Part shown: one piece after another, positions 56,331 through 64,000 of the stretch
Position numbering within the stretch: the first letter of the stretch is position 1
Layout of the letters: each line of letters starts with the position of its first letter
Assembly: GCF_009914755.1 (NCBI RefSeq)
Contig: NC_060931.1
Direction: 5' to 3' (one strand)
Source of the DNA: the human T2T-CHM13v2.0 reference genome, Homo sapiens
DNA: 64,000 nucleotides
Program-made: the position numbers and the translations under genes
The notes under the pieces: model-generated
The model's input: the letters and a program-made list of their open reading frames with translations, nothing else
Database searches by the model: none
What the model was told of the DNA's origin: nothing

Positions 56331-59300
56331 TTTCCCTTTCTACGCCCAGCTACTTGAAATCACTCTAAAGCACACCTACCTCCTTTCACTTCTCCCCTTT
56401 CATTTTTTGCTAGAAGGGGAAAAATAAATCTTGAATGTGCTTGCCTTTGAGTCAGAAGACAAGAGGATAAGCTATGAAGTTAAATTCTCAGAAATCACGT
56501 GACCATAAGATCTAAACATTGGTAGAAGTTGAAAGAGAAGGAAGACACCTCCAGGGCTTAGGAATCAGGGTAGAAAAATTAAACCAAGTGACTAGAAAAC
56601 CAAAGAAGCCAGGGAAGAGTTCAGTAGAAAATCACACCCTAGGCCTAGAAGGACTCTAACCCCCCACAGGCAACACCACCCACTCTCACCCATGCTTCTT
56701 CATTTGACTAATGCAAATCCCTCAGGAATCCCTCTCTCAATTCATTTCTGACTAACACTCTGCCAGGGCCTTAGGCCTCTCTGACATAAAGGAGTCCTCT
56801 CCCCACAGAAGTCAGACAATACCCCCAACACCATACCCCATACCTGGGCCAATATACAGGCAAAGGCTGACCATGCTGTCAGCAGGCCAAACTTCAATCC
56901 TCAATCAGTGTTTACCTCAGAACCAAAGACTCTAAGCAGTTTTCATCTATGCCTTTATTAATATAAAATGAGACTCCAGAGAGACACAGGGGACCCTCCC
57001 ATGGTTGAGTGTATTCTGCCAAATATGTATTCTGCCAAATATGATGTTAAATCTATGACTAAAATTGTTCCCAGTTTCAGACAACAAGCAAGAATATTGA
57101 AACATATTTATTCTTAAACTAGAGATCTCCTGAAGAGTTTTATTCACACTTGATCATTTTTGCTTTCACCTAAATACCTAAATGTTCATCCAATGGGAGA
57201 AAGAGACTTCTTCACTTGTTTTCAAAACCTTTAACACATAGGAAAATAACTTGTAGGTTCTAGAAGGCATGCTTTAATGCTTTAATGCTGGCTTAATTTT
57301 TTTTTTTTTTTTCAGAATACTTACCTTCTGTAATTAAGATAGGGAAAATTCAACTCAAAACCAAATTTCTTCTTCTTCTCATTTCACCATTTTAAAATTT
57401 GGCAAGTTTTGCTTGAGGAAGGAGAGCAAACTCAAGTGCTTTTGTGGATATATCCTGTTTTTCAGGTACCAGACAACTAAGGATATCGGCTTTTCTATTA
57501 CCATTGATAGAAAGATAACACAAAAAGTGAATCCTATTGAAGGTGGGTCAGAAGTGTCTTCTTAACAAAGCTCAGAATGTTTTTGTAAACTCTTTGTGCC
57601 AAGGCACTTGGAACCTGTTAACGATTCCTGGATGATGTCTAAAATGCCATTATATTTGACAGTCGTGAATGACTGTCATAACTTGAAAGGTTAGAAATGC
57701 GAGTGGGCTTTTTAGCTTTTATCAAACAGAAAGCTCCTCACCCCCACACGTTTCCATCTGAGCCTGCGGAGAATGGAAATGCAACAGCAGTTTTCCTGTC
57801 CATTCCCACCGAATGGAAAATACAGCCATTCCACCTTACGGAAATAACTTCTAACACCAGGCCACATTTCCACTTTGTGTTTTAAATTCTATGATGTGGT
57901 CCTAAATTCTTGCAGCAATCAAAGGCTGTGAAACTTCACAGAGAGAAGGGTCTTTCAAAAGGACACTGAAAATAAAAGAGGTTGTTTTGCTGAGCACCGA
58001 TCAATTCCCAGGCTGGCTGCAGGGGATCCTACTGAAGTATGGGCAAGATAAGAGTGGACCCAGGAGCTTCCGAGCTCCACAGAGTCAACCCTGTACCCAA
58101 GCTCCCTCTAGTTGGTGTGGGCCAACACCAAAGTCACTGCAGAACAGAACGGGTAGCAGGACACCTGCTCAACAGTGGACCTGAAGAAGCTCTCCCGCTG
58201 GAAAAAGCAGAAGAGAAGCCTTCTTCTACCCATCATGGGCAAAGCACCAGCTCTCAAACACCAACTACTCATCTCAGTCATTCTTTCTTATGACCAAAAC
58301 TTTGATTTCAGCCATCATAGAAGTTCAAACCCAGGGTGAAGACAACACAGGAAAAAATGTGGCTTCTGAGGTAAAGTGGGGAGTTGAAGAACTAACCAAT
58401 GCATTAATCAACGCAGACAATCTGAAAAGTCTTCTTTCCTGAATAGTAGGTTCCTTTCTTTCAGTCACTTAAACAATTATTCCAACTCACTATTTACTTT
58501 TTCGAGGCAGAGACATAGTAAAGTATTATCATAAGCGCCATTCTCCCTCTTGTACTGTCGTAGTATCAAATGTGTGCAGTGTTTTTAAGTTTCACAAGTA
58601 AGAAAATGTAAAATGGCTAATATGTATTGTAGAACCTACTAAAGAGTACAGCCACTACATTAATAAGAAAATATCTGATAGATGAATGCCCAAGATAAGA
58701 TTTCACTTCCATTCACCACTTACAGGGACCTCTCCACCAAGGAGGTTCCCAAGTTTATTAAAATGACCTAGAAGTTGTTTCTAAATTCTAAGTTGTTTCT
58801 AAAATCACACCATATTCAAAGGGGCTAAAAGATGAGAAAGAAAATTCAGAAAGAATGCTCTGATTTTTGCTCCTCGATTTCTATAGCATGTATTCTTCTA
58901 CAAGACAAAGGAAGAAACTATCGCCATATCCTTTCGGTGGTCTCAAAAGAATATCCAGCATTTTTTTCTTCAGAGTTAAATTACATTACATAAAGTAAAA
59001 ATAAAAATTATTATTAATAATCGTTTTATATCAGACTTTAGCATTAACTATTTCTCATATATTAAGAAAACAAACCACCCTTTCAACATGTAAATCACTT
59101 CATCACACGTAGGGTCTCTGTGAGGAAGGTCAGCAAATATTGCTGTATAATCTCATTTTATCAACAGGGGATTGAAGCAAAGAAGTTAAGATCCAGTTCA
59201 AAATGAGATCCATTCCAATCTCCCAACACCTAGAGTTTAGAACAGGAGCACAAGCAAGACAAAGTTATGGAGTCACACATGAATCATTTACACTTGGTTA

Positions 59301-60452
59301 AGTTAGATGTTTCTACCTGGAGAAGGAAGTCAGACTGAGAATCTCCCGTCCTCACACAATGAGCCTCTACCACAAAGGAAACTCAATGCTGGCTTATTCC
59401 TCTGTAATCTCCCCCCTGTAGCATCACCTCCCAACATGGTGCAGTGAGCCAGGCCAACTTCAGCAATAGCATTCTCCGAACTCCTCTAACGGAGAAAGAG
59501 AGATTCTTTATTCATTTCAAAAATATTAACAAGAAGCTTCTTCCCATCAATCACTGAGTTTGGAGATTCTGAGACAAGAGCGAAGCCCAGGATGCGTTCT
59601 TATTCCCAGAAATCAGATAACAGACTGATGAATTCTTTGAGAAAGTAAACAAAGATATTATGTGCTACTAAAATATACTTACATAGTTTCATCACATCAA
59701 TAAAAGCAAAATCTCTCTAATGAGAATGTTGCAAGCCCAGCATTTCCTGGCCTCTGTCTCTTTCTCTGTCCCCTACCAGTTTCTCCTGTCTTGCTCTCTG
59801 GTGACCACACCTGACTTCTTCAAGTTCCCCAGACACACCACACTGTCATTCATCTGCTGTTCCTGAACTTCCCGCAGCTGACTTTCTCACTGTATTTGGG
59901 ACTCAGACCAAAGGTCATCTCCTCAGGGAAGCCTTTCCTAGGTAACCTAATGCCAGTAAAATTGGCACACACACATTCCCAGTAATCCCTCCCTCTCTTT
60001 CTCTCTCCCACTCACTCCTTTACTCACCGCATCACTACCTTGCAATGTTACACACCGGTCTATGTGTTTATTGTCCTAATTCCACTCTGGAGTGTAAACT
60101 CTATGAGGGCAGGGATGTTTTCTTCACCATTTTACCTGTGGTCACATAGTATGCTATCAATGAATATCTGGCAAGTGAATAAGTGAATGAAGGAAGAAAA
60201 GGATCAGAATGGAAGGGCACCATTGATTTCTTAGTTACTTTAAGAAAATTCTTCAGGAGTACAGTGAAAAATAACAGGCTACAGGTACAATTCACTAAGT
60301 GTGTGACATGGAAGACTAGAGAAGACTAAGGAAGAAAGAATAGGTTAATTAAGCATAGTGCAAATTGAATATCACCCGTGTGTGGTAGGAAAAACTGGTG
60401 GGCATAAGACCAGCCACAGTTATGGAATCAGAATCCTCTAAGTCCCTACCAG

Positions 60453-60480
60453 AAACAAACAAACAAACAAACAAACAAAA
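60453..60480. repeat. (AAAC)n microsatellite
   Basis: aaacaaacaaacaaacaaacaaacaaaa. Confidence 0.9.
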
Positions 60481-61106
60481 GACACTGGAAACAATAACCC
60501 AAATGAGGTAATTTGCATGAAATTATTTTATAGCATATAAAGCAATCAGAAAATAAGTATATAATAAGCATATATTACCTCCTCCTATCTTTCCCTCCCC
60601 ACTAATATCCATGGCAGACATCGAAAACAATCACGGATAATAAATGTAACTCCTTTCTGCTATCGCCAAACAGGACCAATACACAAGTCAATCATAATTT
60701 TTTAAAGCATCTTAGGAACGTAGGCAAATTAGGAATGGCAGAAAGCTTCCTTCCTAAAGGATATCTACAGAAAGTCTATAGCAATCATCATGCTCAACTG
60801 TGAGCCATCAAACTTTTCCTTTAAAATCAAAAACAAGGCAAGGAAGTCAAATATCACTGCCTCTATTCAATATTGTACTGGAAATCTCATTCTAAACATT
60901 TTAAGAAGGGGGGTGGCAAATTTTTCATTATTCAGATGATATTATTGTCTATCAGAAACTATTAGGATTAATAAGGCTTTATCAAGGTTTCTGAGTATAA
61001 ATCAATATATTAAAGTGATTAGCATTTCTATACACCAGGAACAAAGCATCAGAAAGAACTATGTCTTAAATATACATTTCATGATAATAATAAAACAAGA
61101 AGATAG

Positions 61107-61728
61107 TGTTGGAGTGCAGAAAATGATTCATCACAATACGGAGCTTTGGCATGCTAAGTGCTTTGAAAAGTGAAAAGCCTCAGAAATAAGCCTCAGAACC
61201 AAGGTTTCTCTCTGACCTGCTTCCACCTCCCTGTCTCTGATCTTCTTTCCCAAAGAACCGGGAGGGACTCTCTTTGGAATTTCTTAAGACCCCACTCCCT
61301 AGGAATCTCATCAAATAGCCCAAAAAGATCAACCACCCAGGAAAAGAAGATCACCACATCTGGACAGGCTTTTCATCTATTCTCCTAAGGGCAACTCTCA
61401 TAGATTACCTGGGAGGCTTTATCTGCATAAGATGACCTTTGCTCACAGTGAAGTTCCATCCCTCACCTTCCTGACACCTCCCTCAGAGCTCAGGGGAACT
61501 TTGTTACTTATTTGCACATTCTCTGTCTCCTCTCTCCCACATATAGAAGGGTATATAAGCATCTGGACTACATTGGGCTATTGGTAAATCATTCTCATGT
61601 GATTCCCTGCATTGTGCACATTAAATACATTGTATGCCTTTCTCTCCTTTTCATTGGCCTTTTGTCAGTATATTTTCAGCAAACCTTCAGGAGATGAAGG
61701 GAGAAGCTTTCCCTCTCGGCATTTTACA
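61107..61728 (+). mobile_element. ERV1 MER34/MER39-group solo LTR
   Basis: TG...CA ends; ggagctttggcatgctaagtgctttgaa and cctcagaaccaaggt shared with the 48697 LTR. Confidence 0.8.
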
Positions 61729-61950
61729 AGATATTTCTGTATAAAGCAATAAAAGTTATTGAAAAACATTAAAGAACACCAAAATAAACGGATAAACATA
61801 TAAAGTTTAAGATTAAGAGAGCCCAATATTATAAAGATGTCAACAAGGTTATGTAACATTTATAGTCTGGAGGACTTTCACTCATATGGAAGCTTGATAT
61901 GTGCCAAAAGTGACAGTGCAGACCAGTGGCTGGGGGAGATGGAAGGGATG

Positions 61951-62181
61951 AAAATCCCTCATCTGAAATACTTGGGACCAGAAGTGTTTCAGATTTCAGA
62001 TTCTTTCAGGTTTTGTAGTATTTGCATTATACCTACTGGCTGAGCATCCCTAATCCAAAAATCTGAAATCTGAAATGCTTCCATGAGCGTTTCCTTTGAG
62101 TGTCATGTCGGCACTCAAAAAGCTTTGCATCTTGAAGCATTTCAAATTTTGGATTTTCAGATTAGGGATACTCAACCTGTA
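61951..62181. mobile_element. Tigger4a/MER46-type MITE
   Basis: tccctcatctgaaatacttgggaccagaagtgtttcagatttc ... gattagggatactcaacctgta. Confidence 0.8.
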
Positions 62182-62531
62182 TTTAATAAGTGGCATTGGG
62201 ACAATGTAGGGGGCAAAATGAAATCAGCCTCTACTTTACAATCCACATTAAACAAAACAATTCCAGAGATTAACTATTTGAATGAAAAAGAAAAACAGAC
62301 ATCTCAGAAAATCTTAGGATACAAGAATATCCTAATAACCAACGGGTAAGAAGGATTTCTTAAGCAAGCTATATATAGCCCAAAATGTAAAAAAAAAAAA
62401 AAAGAGACTGACCAATCCATCTACAATATAATTAAGAATTTCTGCTTATCAAAAGGTTTGATAAGAAAAAATATAACAAAAAAATTTTAATAAAAAAATA
62501 GAAACCACATATTGAGAGAAGATATCTTCAA

Positions 62532-63235
62532 TGGTGGGGCTCAGAAAACGCCCTGAAATATGGTGCTTTGACATGCTGAACTAATGAAGCAGCCTCAAGG
62601 TCTCCCTCTGACGTCTCCCTACTCCTTCTGATCCTCCTTACTATTCGAAGCACCAGGACTGGCTCTCTCTTTAAGTTCCCTTATCTGATTGAGAAAACTT
62701 CTAAAAGAAATGCAATTGCCTCAAAACTCCTTCCCTAGGAATCTCATTAAATAACCAGGAAACATTAACCACCAGAGAAGAGACTAGAAGTCTCTATGCT
62801 CAGGACACCACGCCCAGTCAGCCTCCGCCTCTGCTCTCCTGAGGGCAATTCCAAGTGAAGACCTGGAAGACTGTTATCTGCATAATAAGACCTTTGTTCA
62901 CAATGCGGCTCTGCCCTTACCTTCCTGTAACTTGTCTGCAGCTACTATTTATCCTTAGGTCCCATTCAGAGTCCAAAGAGAATCATTTACAAACCACTGG
63001 TGTGTTTTTTGGGGCCCATTCATTTACGGCTCTCCACCTCCTTCTCCCCAGTATATTTAAGCATCAACCATCTGGTTCCTTCTTGAGTTTTCATATGTTT
63101 TGTATGGCTCCCGTGTTTAAGTACATTAATGAACTTGTTACGTTTTTCTCTTGTTGATCTATATTTTGTTATAAAGGTGTGGGCTATGACTCTTATGATG
63201 GGGAGAAAAGGGATCACCCCATTTCTGCCTCTACA
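62532..63235 (+). mobile_element. ERV1 MER34/LTR48-group solo LTR
   Basis: tggtggggctcagaaaac...atggtgctttgacatgctgaac to ...ctgcctctaca. Confidence 0.78.
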
Positions 63236-64000
63236 GTGACATCGATAATGAACAAAGATTTAGTACACAAAATATATAAAGAACTCCAATGAATCAATAT
63301 GAAAAGGACAAGCAACCCAAAAGGCATATCCAGGCATTTCATGAAAAAACAAGAAGGTCAATAAACCTATAAAAAGAAGGTCAACCTCATTAGTAATCAG
63401 AGGAATGCAGAGACCCCCCGCCAAGCTGACACCATTTTACACCCAAAAGGCTAGAAAATGTATATAATCTGACAGCCCCCAAGTTTTGGCAAGTATGTGG
63501 AGCAACAGGAACTTTCATGTACTCCTGGTGAGAATTAAAGTTGGCACAACTACTTTGGAAACAAGTTGGCATTGCCCAGTAAAATTTTAGGTGTGTGTAG
63601 CCTTCAACACAGCATCTCCTCTCCTGGGGTATATATCCTGGAAAAACTCTTGCTCATCTACACTAAGAGAGATGGACAAAAATATTTACAACATCCTCCT
63701 AATAGCAAGAAAATGGAAACAAACAAATGTCTATCTCTCCTGAGAAAAAATTAACTGTCCCATATTCATAAAATGGAATATACTCTGAAGAATAAAAATG
63801 AACTACATCTACATGGGTGAACTACATTCTCATAGTTGAATCTCAGAAACAATGTTAATACTGAACAAGCCACTGAAAAACTTAGAATCATTCCGTTTTT
63901 ATAAAGTTGCAAAAAAAAATCATTTGTATTTGTGTAACCCTAAAATAAAACAAAGAGATTACTAATAAAATATTCAGAGCAATCTTTACTTGAGTTAGGG

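Larger units (their letters stand above)
60690..64000 (+). mobile_element. Old L1M (ORF2 to 3' end) fragmented by later insertions
   Basis: ORF2-like caaggcaaggaagtcaaatatcactgcctctattcaatattgtactggaaat; ggcacaactactttggaaacaagttggca. Confidence 0.75.

Overview
Primate (human-like) genomic DNA containing the 5' coding end of ELMO1 on the minus strand. Three exons are present: the first coding exon (35335-35485, ATG at 35412), a 41-nt exon (8628-8668) and a 73-nt exon (7558-7630). They splice to [64 protein letters not shown] (aa 1-64, N-terminal Ras-binding/ubiquitin-like domain). The rest is intron filled with about 20 Alus, L1/L2/MIR fragments, MaLR, ERV1 and ERV9 solo LTRs, hAT/Tigger DNA transposon relics and a partial U6 retrocopy. 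I call these exons 2-4 from recalled ELMO1 structure; the upstream non-coding exon is outside the window. The ORF-track entries are Alu/L1/LTR-derived or chance ORFs, except one that runs through exon 4. I see no well-supported wholly new biological system. The best leads concern ELMO1 regulation: a sense LTR12 promoter 10.5 kb upstream of the ATG exon, a 30-nt purine-rich exon carrying a 5-codon uORF, a strong orphan donor or recursive-type site, a 75-nt poison-exon candidate, and a sense THE1 LTR with a DUX4-type motif and splice donor. There is also an L1 insertion with both a twin-priming inversion and a probable 3' transduction. Repeat subfamily names come from eye-recognition of consensus sequences and need RepeatMasker/Dfam confirmation.
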